This document shows positions 10,424 to 20,506 of a DNA stretch of 64,000 bases, piece by piece; position 1 is the first letter of the stretch, and each line of letters begins with the position of its first letter. Source of the stretch: Oligoflexales bacterium (GTDB lineage Bacteria; Bdellovibrionota_B; Oligoflexia; Oligoflexales; Bog-1112); assembly GCA_045106415.1 (NCBI GenBank), contig JBGCEP010000014.1, positions 1 through 64,000 of the forward strand, written 5' to 3'. The translations under genes were made by a program, and so were the position numbers. The notes under the pieces are model-generated. The model was not told where the DNA came from. It did not search any database and saw only the letters and a program-made list of their open reading frames with translations.

Positions 10424-11725
10424 ATGACGACAAAATCAGAAAAAATCTTTGAACAAGCTTGTAAGCTTATGCCAGGGGGAGTCAGTTCTCCTGTGCGAGC
10501 CTATAGAGCAGTGAAGGGCCTTCCTCCTGTTATTCGTAAAGCGGAAGGATCCCGTATTGAGGATGAAGATGGCCGCTCTTATATTGATTATGTGGGAAGT
10601 TGGGGAGCGGCTCTCGTCGGACACGCTCACCCTGAAGTGTTAGAAGCTGTTCAGTCTGCGGTTGTGAATGGTTTGAGTTTTGGAGCCCCTACACTCAGAG
10701 AAAATCAACTTGCAGAAAAATTAATCTCAGCATTTCCTGCTATGGAGCAAATTCGATTTGTTTCAACCGGGACTGAAGCTTGTATGTCGGCTATTCGTTT
10801 AGCACGAGGCTATACTCAGCGTGGGAAAATTGTGAAGTTTGATGGTCACTATCATGGTCATGCTGACTGTTTGTTGGCTAAGGCTGGCTCTGGGGTCATC
10901 ACGCTTGGTCTGCCTGACAGCCCAGGTGTCCAAGCCGCCGCAACGCAAGATACACTGATTGTACCGTTTAATGACATTGCTGCAGCTGAGGCTGTCTTTC
11001 AAGAGCATGGTGATGATATAGCTGCTGTTATTGTAGAGCCGGTTGCTGGTAATTGTGGAATGATTCCACCAGTCGAAGGTTACCTACAGGCTTTACGTCG
11101 TATGACAGAAAACTCTGGGTCATTATTGATTTTTGATGAAGTTATGACTGGGTTTCGTGTTGCTTGGGGTGGTGCGCAGGTATTGTATGATATTCGTCCT
11201 GATTTAACGTCACTTGCAAAGGTGATTGGAGGAGGAATGCCTTTAGCTGCTTATGGAGGGCGCAAAGAAATTATGCAGTGTCTGGCTCCTGTAGGGCCTG
11301 TTTATCAAGCAGGAACTCTGTCGGGGAACCCTGTGGCGACAGCGTGTGGTTTGAAAACGTTAGAGGTCATTGAAAAAAACGTCGATTATAGCAAGCTTCA
11401 AGCATATGGCGAAAAGTTTATTAGTGGCCTGAAGCAGGAAGCATTGGCGGTGGGTCATATGGTCCAAGGGCAAGCCATTGGTGGAATGATGGGATTTTGT
11501 TTTTCAAAGATCCCTGTTCATTCTTATGAGGATGCCTCAAAAAATTCTCAAGATGTTTTTCAAACATTTTTTCATGGGATGTTGAAAAGGGGTGTTTATT
11601 TAGCGCCATCAGCATTCGAGGCTGGGTTCATTTCTCTAGCCCATAATCAAGCAGATCTTGAAGAAACCTTAGCTGCGATACGAGCAACTTTTCAAGAAGA
11701 TATTGCAGTAAATCACCCTAGATAG
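10424..11725 (+). CDS. hemL: Glutamate-1-semialdehyde 2,1-aminomutase
   Basis: MPGGVSSPVRA, IFDEVMTGFR, AKVIGGGMP, YQAGTLSGNP. Confidence 0.96.
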   Translation: MTTKSEKIFEQACKLMPGGVSSPVRAYRAVKGLPPVIRKAEGSRIEDEDGRSYIDYVGSWGAALVGHAHPEVLEAVQSAVVNGLSFGAPTLRENQLAEKLISAFPAMEQIRFVSTGTEACMSAIRLARGYTQRGKIVKFDGHYHGHADCLLAKAGSGVITLGLPDSPGVQAAATQDTLIVPFNDIAAAEAVFQEHGDDIAAVIVEPVAGNCGMIPPVEGYLQALRRMTENSGSLLIFDEVMTGFRVAWGGAQVLYDIRPDLTSLAKVIGGGMPLAAYGGRKEIMQCLAPVGPVYQAGTLSGNPVATACGLKTLEVIEKNVDYSKLQAYGEKFISGLKQEALAVGHMVQGQAIGGMMGFCFSKIPVHSYEDASKNSQDVFQTFFHGMLKRGVYLAPSAFEAGFISLAHNQADLEETLAAIRATFQEDIAVNHPR

Positions 11726-11833
11726 CTTTCTGTTGTGAAAAGAGTGTGTTGATAAATTCAGAATTCTGATAAAAAACTTTCTTTTACCGCCTTAGGCGGC
11801 ATAAGGAATCTTTTTAATTTTAAAGGAAAAATT

Positions 11834-12817
11834 TTGCAAAACTCTAAAATTGGTTGGATTCCATTTTTTAATTTGCATCCAATGCGATGCGAATTAAGAA
11901 AAGATAGCTTCCCTCATTTGCAGTCAGGCCTCCCGGTTGAAGTGAACCAAATGCTGCATAGAGGAGAGGTGCCTTTAGCTCCTTGTTCAAGCGTGTGTCT
12001 TTTAACCTCTCCAGGTAATGAGATAGCAATGCCAATTGGCGTGACGACACGTGGTGCAGCCGATAGCGTGTATTGGGGGCTTTCTGATGAAAATGCTGTG
12101 TGGGATCAAGTTGTTGAAGAACGTATCCTTGTCTTGAGAGGGCTTTTTTCTGATGTGCGAGCACGTCATGGCTCAGACGCGCGTTTTATGGGCCCAGAGC
12201 TGTGGAAAAAAGTGCGAGAATTGCCTCCCATACAAATGCCTCGTCCAAGGTTGGTTCTTACTCCTGCATCAGCTGCGAGTGCTATGCTTTCAAAAATTTT
12301 ATATGAAATGATTTTTGGATATGAGCTTGATGATCTTCCAAGAGAAAAACCAGGTCGCCAGCTTGAGTTGTTGATTGGTGATGAAGCCATGCGCAAAAAA
12401 CCTCAATTTCGATCGGTTTTGGACTTAGGAGAGCTTTGGTTCCGAATCACTCAGCTTCCCTTTGTCTTTGCTGTGTGGCAGAGCCGAGGAGTTGTTCAGC
12501 ACTCATGGAAGCAAAGAATTTTTGAAGCGGCTGAAAAAGCTGAAGCTCGCATGACAATTGAACCAGCTTACTATTATCCAGATATGATGCCTCTGGATCA
12601 AACATATCAACCACTTGATTTAGCGAGATACTGGAAAAAAATTCGCTACCGACTGGGTGCAGAAGAATTACAAGGTTTGATGTTATATTTGTGTTTGGTT
12701 CGCTCTCGATTTGCAAATCTCTCAACAGATGCAACTGCAATTAAATTGATGAAATGGCAAGAGTTAAGCACTCGAGTTGCGCAAAAGCATCATTTGAACG
12801 CATCGTCGTTGAATTAA
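11834..12817 (+). CDS. mqnA: MqnA/MqnD-family menaquinone (futalosine pathway) protein, probable chorismate dehydratase
   Basis: KIGWIPFFNLHP, LLIGDEAM, DLGELW...LPFVFAVW. Confidence 0.7.
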   Translation: MQNSKIGWIPFFNLHPMRCELRKDSFPHLQSGLPVEVNQMLHRGEVPLAPCSSVCLLTSPGNEIAMPIGVTTRGAADSVYWGLSDENAVWDQVVEERILVLRGLFSDVRARHGSDARFMGPELWKKVRELPPIQMPRPRLVLTPASAASAMLSKILYEMIFGYELDDLPREKPGRQLELLIGDEAMRKKPQFRSVLDLGELWFRITQLPFVFAVWQSRGVVQHSWKQRIFEAAEKAEARMTIEPAYYYPDMMPLDQTYQPLDLARYWKKIRYRLGAEELQGLMLYLCLVRSRFANLSTDATAIKLMKWQELSTRVAQKHHLNASSLN

Positions 12818-12853
12818 AGATCCGTTGCCCTTTTTATTCATCTGCCATAAATA

Positions 12854-13621
12854 ATGATTTTTATGGGAGACGTAAGAGTGTTGTGCGGATATTTTGTGTT
12901 TTGGAGCATTTTATGGGTTTATTTAAAACCAACAAAAGATAAAGTGAGCGATCCTATAGCGTCACTATTCGAAGCAAAGCTTTCTTTTGTCACTCAGACA
13001 GGGGCTCCTAGTCATGCTATGTCTAAAATTTTTTATGATATTGCTCAAAAAACACACCGTTCATCAGCTATAGATGTATTGCCTCGTTTTGAATATGCGC
13101 TTCAAGAATTTAGTGATCAAACCCTCCAAAATCAAAAAATTAAGGACCATAAAATTTATTTTATGGTCCGAATGTTTTTCTTACAATTTTGTAGCTTCTT
13201 TTTTGTTTTTTTCCTATACGGTAGTAAAATTCAGTACCCAGTTTTTTTTCTCATTCACGGTGTGTTGACGGTGTTGAGCCTTGTTGTTTTAGAAGTACTT
13301 ATACCTCGTTCCATAAAAATCTCACCTGAGCATCTTTTTAAAAGCATTGTCTTAGGTGAACGTTTTGAAAAAATTCCTTTGATGAAAACCCTAAGTGAAC
13401 GAGAACGTTTTTTTGGAGTTGATACAGAGAAGGAAAAAGCAGAAGTATGGAAGTATGAGAAAAGGAAAGAGTATCAGCTGTGGTTAATGTCTTGGAAGCT
13501 TTTTGAAGGTTGGTATTGTCTTTTTGAATTGATGACTTTTATATGCGCATCGTCTTGTTGGTTTTTTGGTGGGATTTCTTTCAAAATGTCATCATGGATA
13601 TATTTTGAAAATATTTGGTAA
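12854..13621 (+). CDS. Hypothetical membrane protein
   Basis: 255-aa ORF with several hydrophobic segments; no family recognised. Confidence 0.5.
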   Translation: MIFMGDVRVLCGYFVFWSILWVYLKPTKDKVSDPIASLFEAKLSFVTQTGAPSHAMSKIFYDIAQKTHRSSAIDVLPRFEYALQEFSDQTLQNQKIKDHKIYFMVRMFFLQFCSFFFVFFLYGSKIQYPVFFLIHGVLTVLSLVVLEVLIPRSIKISPEHLFKSIVLGERFEKIPLMKTLSERERFFGVDTEKEKAEVWKYEKRKEYQLWLMSWKLFEGWYCLFELMTFICASSCWFFGGISFKMSSWIYFENIW

Positions 13622-13764
13622 GAAAGAAATCGTTGATATCGCAGGCTTCAGAACGTTTTTTGAAGGTGTAGTAAAATATTCCAGCCTGTTGATACTCGTT
13701 GAAAACTGTAATAGACGCTAAAATCTATCATGAGTCAGCTGTTTGTGGTTTTGAAGGAGCTTGT

Positions 13765-15249
13765 ATGTGGAAAGTTATTCTTATGAGTTTATGGCCGTGG
13801 TGTGCATATGGAGCTCAAATTTCAGAGTTCGAATCTCAGCTTAACAATGTTTTTGCAGCAGTTAATCGACCTTTGGCGAGTTTTTTGTTCTTTTCAGATC
13901 ATCCACTGCAGCTTCCTTTGATTTTAGTTGTCATGTTGACCGGGGGCGTTGTTCTTACGCTTAGGATGAAGTTTGTTAATGTGCGTTTATTTAAACACGC
14001 CATTGATGTGGTTCGAGGCCGCTTTGATGATCCAAACCATGTGGGAGAGGTTACGCATTTTCAAGCTTTGACTTCTGCTCTTTCAGCTACCGTGGGCTTG
14101 GGGAATATTGCAGGGGTTGCAATTGCTGTTTCTTTGGGCGGTCCTGGTGCTGTTTTTTGGCTTTGGGTTGTTGCTTTTTTTGGTATGAGTATGAAGTTTA
14201 CTTCTTGCACTTTTGCTCAGATGTACCGAAGAGTGAATCCTCAAGGTCGAGTTCTTGGTGGGCCTATGGTCTACCTTGAAGAAGGCTTCCGAGAAAGCGG
14301 AGTTATAGGTTCAGCTTTTGGTCTGATTTTAGCGAGAATTTTTGCAGTTATGGCTATCTTCGCCTCTTTTGGTGGAGGCAATCTTTTTCAAGCGAATCAA
14401 GCATTTGAGCTTTTGGAAACAGAGTTCGTTGTGTTCCAAGGGTCTGGACTGATTGTGGGTTGTGTTCTTGCTTTTTTTGTTGGAATTGTCCTTGTCGGTG
14501 GAGTGACTCGTATTGGAGAAGTGACCTCTAAGCTGGTTCCTCTGATGTGTGGTCTGTACTGTTTAGGGTGTTTAGCTGTTTTGAGTGCAAATATTTCTGC
14601 GATACCAGATGCTTTCTATGAAATTTTTAAACAGGCTTGGTACCCCCAAGCTATGTGGTCAGGGGGATTCATAGGGGTATTGATTCAAGGGATTCGCCGC
14701 GCTTCTTTTTCAAATGAAGCAGGTGTAGGATCTGCTGCTATCGCGCATGCTGCTGCTAAAACTGATGAGCCAGTTCGAGAAGGGGTTGTTGGGATGCTAG
14801 GCCCTTTTATTGATACCCATATTGTTTGTACGATGACGGCTTTAACGGTTATTGTTTCCGGAGCTTATCTTGAACCAGCTTTAGTTGGGAAAGGAGCTGC
14901 TCTGACAGCTTATGCCTTCTCAACTGTTGGGCCATTTTTGGCGTCAGTTTTATCTATTATTGCAGTTGTTTTTGCATACTCGACTATCCTGTCTTGGAGC
15001 TATTACGGGGAGAAAGGTGTAGAATACCTTTTTGGAGAGAAAGGTATTTTGCCTTATCGAATATTGTATGTTCTGGTTGTTATTATGGGGCCAGTGGTTT
15101 CGTTACAGAATGTGATCGATTTTTCAGATATGATGCTTCTTTCCATGGCTTTCCCAAATATTATTGGCATGCTTTTTCTGTCAAAACAAGTGTCTCAAAA
15201 GTTAGAATCGTATATGGTGACATATAAAAAATTAGAGAGGTCGAATTGA
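13765..15249 (+). CDS. Alanine/glycine:cation symporter (AGCS family)
   Basis: FQALTSALSATVGLGNIAGV, GGPGAVFW, FSNEAGVGSA, WSYYGE; GGAG before ATG 13765. Confidence 0.93.
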   Translation: MWKVILMSLWPWCAYGAQISEFESQLNNVFAAVNRPLASFLFFSDHPLQLPLILVVMLTGGVVLTLRMKFVNVRLFKHAIDVVRGRFDDPNHVGEVTHFQALTSALSATVGLGNIAGVAIAVSLGGPGAVFWLWVVAFFGMSMKFTSCTFAQMYRRVNPQGRVLGGPMVYLEEGFRESGVIGSAFGLILARIFAVMAIFASFGGGNLFQANQAFELLETEFVVFQGSGLIVGCVLAFFVGIVLVGGVTRIGEVTSKLVPLMCGLYCLGCLAVLSANISAIPDAFYEIFKQAWYPQAMWSGGFIGVLIQGIRRASFSNEAGVGSAAIAHAAAKTDEPVREGVVGMLGPFIDTHIVCTMTALTVIVSGAYLEPALVGKGAALTAYAFSTVGPFLASVLSIIAVVFAYSTILSWSYYGEKGVEYLFGEKGILPYRILYVLVVIMGPVVSLQNVIDFSDMMLLSMAFPNIIGMLFLSKQVSQKLESYMVTYKKLERSN

Positions 15250-15728
15250 CGAAGACCCTTGTTTTATTAAGGCATGGTGAAGCTGCTTCAACAGTGCCTG
15301 GTTATCGAGATTATGATCGAAACCTCACGAAAACAGGATGTGAGCAGGCTAAAAAAGTATCTTCTTTTTTAGCGGGCTTTTCTTTGCCACCTCTTTACGC
15401 ATATGTGAGCTCAGCATGTCGAACTCAAGAAACATATGGATATTTAAGTGTAAATCTTGTGCATAATACTCTGTCTTCAAAGCGACTTTATGAGGGGACG
15501 GTTGAAGATGTTCGAGAACTTCTTTTGGATACGCCGGACGCAGAGCAAGCCGTGCTGGTCGTGGGGCATAATCCCACGATTTCTTGGTTTGCTGAACTCT
15601 TAACGCAACAGCCGTTAGAGTTTCATCCGAGTGGCTGTGCCGTCTTAGAATGTGACGGCAACAGCTGGGCGGACGTGGTGTATGATTGTTGGACGCTTAA
15701 AGGTGTGAACTCGTCGGTAGGTTCATAG
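15246..15728 (+). CDS. sixA: Phosphohistidine phosphatase SixA family
   Basis: LLRHGEA, SSACRTQET, VVGHNP. Confidence 0.85.
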   Translation: MTKTLVLLRHGEAASTVPGYRDYDRNLTKTGCEQAKKVSSFLAGFSLPPLYAYVSSACRTQETYGYLSVNLVHNTLSSKRLYEGTVEDVRELLLDTPDAEQAVLVVGHNPTISWFAELLTQQPLEFHPSGCAVLECDGNSWADVVYDCWTLKGVNSSVGS

Positions 15729-15729
15729 A

Positions 15730-16773
15730 TTATATTTGTCGATTGAGAAGCGATTCGGCTAGGCTTTTTAGATGATTGCGGGCATCTGATGCTGGGAATT
15801 TGTCGAGGCGTTTCAGTGCGCGAGTTGTGATCTCAGTCGCTCTTTCTAGTGTTTTATCTGCAGTCTTGTACTTCTCAGTGAGCTGAGCAACCCACTGAAT
15901 GTCTTCTTTTGAAACAGTTGAAGAAGCTAAAATATTTTGGAATTTTTGAGATTCTTCCGAGTTCATGACATCACGCAGTAAAATGACAGGAAGAGTAATT
16001 TTTCCTTCTTTTAAATCAGCTAGGGTCGGTTTTCCGAAGAGATCTTGCTCGCCTTTATAATCTAAAGCATCGTCAATAAGCTGAAAAGCCAACCCTAAGT
16101 CCATTCCAAACTCACCGAGTTCAAAACAAAGATTTTCATTGATGTTAGCTAAATACCCAGCACTGGAACAAGCTGCTTTCATGAGAGCTCCAGTTTTGCC
16201 TCTGAGAATATGAAAATAAGTCTTTTCTGGCATGCTGACGTTGAAGAGATGCTGGAGTTGCAGCAACTCTGCTTCGCTCATGTGACGAATCGCGGCTGCA
16301 TATACTTTTACGATAGATAGGTGCCCTGTATTAGCCATGAGTTCACTGGCAGTGGCGTACATTAAGTCTCCGACAAGGATGGTTTCCTCGTCTCCCCATA
16401 GACTTTGTGCTGCTGGCTTTCCTCTGCGTATAGGGCTGTTGTCAATGACATCGTCATGAAGAAGGCTTGCTGTATGGACGTATTCACACACAGCGCCCAT
16501 GGAGATACGATGTGGGCCTTGATAATTTACAAGGTTGCAGCTTAGGAGATATAGAGCTGGTCGGACGCATTTTCCTGGAGCTTGTGTCACATGCTCAATA
16601 ATTCGCTTCGCCGCCTCAGTTTCACATGGAATGAGTGAAGGTAAAGCTTTCTTAATGGCTTGTATATCGGAGAGAACAGGCTGGAAAGTTTCCGCTAAAG
16701 TCTGTTGAGGTGAGTTCATGACTGAAGACGAAGATGTGGTTTGCGGGACTTCAACTTTCACAGAGTTCTCCAT
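15730..16773 (-). CDS. Polyprenyl diphosphate synthase (IspB/HepT-like); start uncertain
   Basis: GKCVRP, LLHDDVID...RRG, FQLIDDALD, DLKEGKITLP. Confidence 0.92.
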   Translation of the reverse strand: MENSVKVEVPQTTSSSSVMNSPQQTLAETFQPVLSDIQAIKKALPSLIPCETEAAKRIIEHVTQAPGKCVRPALYLLSCNLVNYQGPHRISMGAVCEYVHTASLLHDDVIDNSPIRRGKPAAQSLWGDEETILVGDLMYATASELMANTGHLSIVKVYAAAIRHMSEAELLQLQHLFNVSMPEKTYFHILRGKTGALMKAACSSAGYLANINENLCFELGEFGMDLGLAFQLIDDALDYKGEQDLFGKPTLADLKEGKITLPVILLRDVMNSEESQKFQNILASSTVSKEDIQWVAQLTEKYKTADKTLERATEITTRALKRLDKFPASDARNHLKSLAESLLNRQI

Positions 16774-16889
16774 AGTTTTTGTTGCTACCATTGGTTGTTT
16801 GTGATATTGTTCGCGACTTGAGAATTTTATTGGGTTTTTATCTGTGTTAGATAAACCCTTCTTTCTAGAAATACCTACAGGAAAGCTCC

Positions 16890-18446
16890 ATGGCAAGTCG
16901 ATTGTCGACCGAGTCATTAAAAAAGGTTTATGACCACGGTCACCAGGGCTTTTTCCGCCGTGAAAAAGACCTTGAAATTCAAAGTGTTCCAGATCTTCAG
17001 CAGATTGCTATGCATGACGATAGAGAAAATTTGATCCAAAAATTTTCTGCGCAAAATTTGTACCAGGCGTTTTCTGCTTCTGGGCTGGAAGAGTCTGCTG
17101 AAGTTTTTCGGTTTTTAACTTCTGAGCAGTGGACTCGGATTTGTGATTATAGCGTTTGGGTTCAGGATCGTCTCCATCCAGGTGCTATTTTAACGTGGCT
17201 AGACTTAGCGCCAAAAGTTGATCGATCTTCTCGTTTTCTTGAACTTGAAGAAGAAGTACAAATTGCTATGCTAAGTGGGCTTGTGCGTATGTTCGAAGCG
17301 CATGAGCTTGAAGATATGACAGATGAACATCAAGATCTTTTAACTTGGTTTCCAGGGCGAGAAGCTGCTTATCAGATATTATCGGATGACCCTCAAGTGT
17401 GTAGGCAAATCCATGAGCTTATAGATTCTTTAATGCATGACAATATGGCATACACAATGTCCATTCTCATGAACAGCACCTGGTTACCGCCTGGTGAGCA
17501 AGAACTTTTGGCAAAGCAGTTTCGTGAAGCTCGTGTCGCTGAAGATGGATTTGTGAGTTGGGATGAAAGTCAACGTCTTTTTGTACGGCTTTCTCCAGAG
17601 AGTGTCAGCGGCTATGTCTCAGCCCCAATGACAACATCTTCGGATTTAAAAGGTTGGGCTCATAAAGACTTTTTACAAAGTTTTTTAAAGACCCTTGATG
17701 GTGAAAGCCTCGCTTCTTTTATGCTACAGGCGACAACCTTGGCAAACGGATTATGCACAGCTTCTGGTTTAGAGGCTGGGGATGTAAGAGGGCAAAAAAG
17801 AATTTTCCGCCACGGAATGGGGCTTGTGTCATTAGGGCTTGAGCAGCTCTCTCATGGTGACTTTGAAAAAGCGGAAGTCTTTTTGCAAAAGACTCATTTG
17901 ACCCAGTGGTTTCAGGTTGGTTTGTGGTCTATAGGTGAGCTTCAAGATAAGTTACTCCGTTCTATGGAGCGATTCGGTTGTGATGTCCAAAAGATCCGCC
18001 GTGCTGGGCACACAGGACGTTTTGGTGTTGCTGTGACCCAAATTGAAAAGAATTTTTTAGATTTTCTTGGCCATGAGAGATGTGAAAAAGCAAAAGCTTT
18101 ATGGAATCGCTATCCAATGGTAGCTGAGGTTAATGAAGAAGGTCAGATTTATTTCCGTTCTTTAGATGGTCTGCAAGATTACGCTATTCTTGCCCATATG
18201 GTTGAAGAATGGACTGCTCTTTTAGAATATATAAAACAATCCTACGCGGGGGATTGTCTTCAATCCCTCGAAGCAATTGCTAAAGACATGTGCTTGCAAG
18301 CCATGGGCAGTGGAAGTGACTTTTTAGCAGGTGAAAGCTGGATTTCTGGCTTGGATTCACATTATTTGCAGCCTGTTTTTCTTTCCGCGCTGCAAGATTT
18401 GAGAATGGCTTTCGAGGAAAAAAATAGTAAAAGAGGTGGTGGATGA
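16890..18446 (+). CDS. Conserved hypothetical protein, DUF6178-like
   Basis: GLEESAE...EQW..I.D..VW..D pattern and A.QFR.AR..EDGF motif recalled from DUF6178. Confidence 0.6.
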   Translation: MASRLSTESLKKVYDHGHQGFFRREKDLEIQSVPDLQQIAMHDDRENLIQKFSAQNLYQAFSASGLEESAEVFRFLTSEQWTRICDYSVWVQDRLHPGAILTWLDLAPKVDRSSRFLELEEEVQIAMLSGLVRMFEAHELEDMTDEHQDLLTWFPGREAAYQILSDDPQVCRQIHELIDSLMHDNMAYTMSILMNSTWLPPGEQELLAKQFREARVAEDGFVSWDESQRLFVRLSPESVSGYVSAPMTTSSDLKGWAHKDFLQSFLKTLDGESLASFMLQATTLANGLCTASGLEAGDVRGQKRIFRHGMGLVSLGLEQLSHGDFEKAEVFLQKTHLTQWFQVGLWSIGELQDKLLRSMERFGCDVQKIRRAGHTGRFGVAVTQIEKNFLDFLGHERCEKAKALWNRYPMVAEVNEEGQIYFRSLDGLQDYAILAHMVEEWTALLEYIKQSYAGDCLQSLEAIAKDMCLQAMGSGSDFLAGESWISGLDSHYLQPVFLSALQDLRMAFEEKNSKRGGG

Positions 18447-18898
18447 CGTTTTCAAAAGATGATGAAAAAGAATTAAGTATTATTATGAATACTCGTTATG
18501 CGGCGTGTTTAAATGATCGTCGTTTTCACCTTTCAACCTCTGTTGAAAAGAATACAGTTGCTGCAAAAGTGACGCTGGAAAACTCGGATCAATCTTTTCA
18601 TTACCCAGTTGAAGCTCGAATGATGATAAGTGAAGACAGCAAGCTTTCTGTGTTTGATGCGACAGCTTGGATTGTTGATGCCATTGATATGTACTTTGAT
18701 GAATATTTAAATGGTGACGAGTCGACGTTTTTACCTATTGATTGGACGGAATTTTCAACCGAAGGTCACATCTATCAAATGCGAGGGCAAGTTATGAATC
18801 GTAAATTGGAAGACCTGGGAGATGAGTGGCTCAAGCTTCATGGAAGTGACGTTGTTGAAGGTGCTGACCATGAGCACGATCATAACTGCTCACACTAA
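18443..18898 (+). CDS. Hypothetical acidic protein with His-rich C-terminal tail
   Basis: ATGA overlap with upstream gene; FHYPVEAR, FLPIDW; ends DHEHDHNCSH. Confidence 0.7.
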   Translation: MTFSKDDEKELSIIMNTRYAACLNDRRFHLSTSVEKNTVAAKVTLENSDQSFHYPVEARMMISEDSKLSVFDATAWIVDAIDMYFDEYLNGDESTFLPIDWTEFSTEGHIYQMRGQVMNRKLEDLGDEWLKLHGSDVVEGADHEHDHNCSH

Positions 18899-19857
18899 GC
18901 TGAAACGCCAAGATTGTCAGCTTCTTCTTCATTTGCGCAGATGTGACTTCCATCTCCATGGTGGATGCTCACGAGATTTCTACCATTTTGTTTTGAGTGG
19001 TACAGGGCAGAGTCAGCACGAGCAATGGCTTCTTCTGCTGACTCTTTTTCAACCTGGAGTTGTGCGACTCCAAGACTTACGGTGATTGGAATAGAAATGT
19101 CATTGAAGACATAAACAGCTTCAGCTGCGTGCCGTACTTTTTCTGCCATTCGAGCCGCATCTGCTGCTGTTGCAGCAGGTAGGATGGCTAAAAACTCTTC
19201 TCCACCATAACGAAATGCAATGTCACTTTTTCTAAAGTTTTCTCGAAAAATTCTTGAGACTTCACGAATAATAAAGTCCCCTGCTTGGTGACCATGTGTA
19301 TCGTTTACTTTTTTAAAGTGATCGATGTCAGCCATGATAACTGAAATTTGATCCTGCCCGGGTTCTGCAATCACACGTTCTAAGATTTTTGGAAGATGCT
19401 CTTCGAAGTAGGTGCGGTTGTAAAGACCTGTGAGTTTATCGGTGACAGCTGCTGAAGATCTGTCTTTATACTTATCTTGAAGATTTGTTTCTGCTGTGAC
19501 ATCTCTTAATAAAAGGAAAACACCAACGGTCTCGTCATCTGAAATTAACGGATAGACACCGATAATCAGATTGAGGTGGTCATTTTCATTTGATTGCCCA
19601 TGGATTTCATCCAGACGAGTGGGTGAGTTTTTTTCGAGAAGATCTATGATCTTGAGAGGCTCTTGGTTCATATCGAGAGTGAGTAAATCATCGAAAGATT
19701 CAGATTTTTTAATGCGATTTGGACGTGTAGCAACTAGCGCTGAAAAAAGTTGGTTAAACTTCACGACTTTTCCAGTGCGATCGACAACGGCATATGCATC
19801 AAGCATAGATTTGCAAAAATGCTCATACTGTTTAAAAATGTCGAGGGCCTCAGCCAC
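18895..19857 (-). CDS. Diguanylate cyclase with N-terminal PAS-like domain
   Basis: DKLTGLYNR, DIDHFKKVND, I-site RKSD, RYGGEEF. Confidence 0.92.
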   Translation of the reverse strand: MAEALDIFKQYEHFCKSMLDAYAVVDRTGKVVKFNQLFSALVATRPNRIKKSESFDDLLTLDMNQEPLKIIDLLEKNSPTRLDEIHGQSNENDHLNLIIGVYPLISDDETVGVFLLLRDVTAETNLQDKYKDRSSAAVTDKLTGLYNRTYFEEHLPKILERVIAEPGQDQISVIMADIDHFKKVNDTHGHQAGDFIIREVSRIFRENFRKSDIAFRYGGEEFLAILPAATAADAARMAEKVRHAAEAVYVFNDISIPITVSLGVAQLQVEKESAEEAIARADSALYHSKQNGRNLVSIHHGDGSHICANEEEADNLGVSA

Positions 19858-19880
19858 TTATAACTCCGTTTTATTTAAAC

Positions 19881-20378
19881 TTATGCATTTTCTAACCAAC
19901 CAAAAAACTCTTCTTCTAATTCTTCCATTTCCATGACCTCCCCGCAGTTTGAGCAAGGGACATCAGGCAGGTCAATATTCATATCTTTTGGAAGATTGGT
20001 ACCATCTTGAAAGAGCTGCAAGCTGTGATTCTCACAAGAGTCACAAAAATATCCAGCGTAAACAGAATGAATCTTTGCTTGTCCTTTGAAGTTTGGAATC
20101 ATATTAATTTGGCTGACAACCTCAGGAGTACATTCTTCAAAAGTAACGCTACGGCCGCTTTCTGCTTCTCGAAGAAAGTTAATCCACGCACGAACCCCGC
20201 AACTGTTGATTGATGAGACGCTTTTGAAGTTAAAAGTACACGACTTAGCAGGGAGCTGTTCTTTGAGTTGGCCCAGAGCCATTTCTGAGTCTTCATTAAT
20301 GTCACCACTTAAGATGACTTTGCCAACTTCAGGTGATTCGTTTTCAAAGAGGAAACTCAATTGCATGTCCAACTCCAT
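19881..20378 (-). CDS. STAS-like (anti-sigma antagonist fold) protein with C-terminal CxxC...CxxC zinc ribbon
   Basis: LSGDINE, INSCGVRAW, CDSC and CSNC. Confidence 0.7.
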   Translation of the reverse strand: MELDMQLSFLFENESPEVGKVILSGDINEDSEMALGQLKEQLPAKSCTFNFKSVSSINSCGVRAWINFLREAESGRSVTFEECTPEVVSQINMIPNFKGQAKIHSVYAGYFCDSCENHSLQLFQDGTNLPKDMNIDLPDVPCSNCGEVMEMEELEEEFFGWLENA

Positions 20379-20402
20379 ATCGTCTGACTCGACCTATATT
20401 AC

Positions 20403-20430
20403 GGATCGGCCTAGGGTGCTGGAACCTTTA
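20403..20430 (-). promoter_or_regulatory. Putative sigma28-type promoter for the STAS-DGC pair
   Basis: TAAA-N16-GCCGATCC on minus strand. Confidence 0.6.
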
Positions 20431-20442
20431 GACTGTAGAGAT

Positions 20443-20484
20443 CTATCCTCTGAAAATAAAAGATTTTTTATTTTCAGAGGATAG
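20443..20484. repeat. Perfect 19-bp inverted repeat with 4-nt loop downstream of speA
   Basis: CTATCCTCTGAAAATAAAA-gatt-TTTTATTTTCAGAGGATAG. Confidence 0.9.
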
Positions 20485-20506
20485 TATGGGTGGCAGTCAG
20501 AGGGGA

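Noticed and set aside
16774..16917. Extended N-terminus of the polyprenyl synthase ORF
   Set aside because: Would overlap the divergent gene start; a downstream ATG is more plausible
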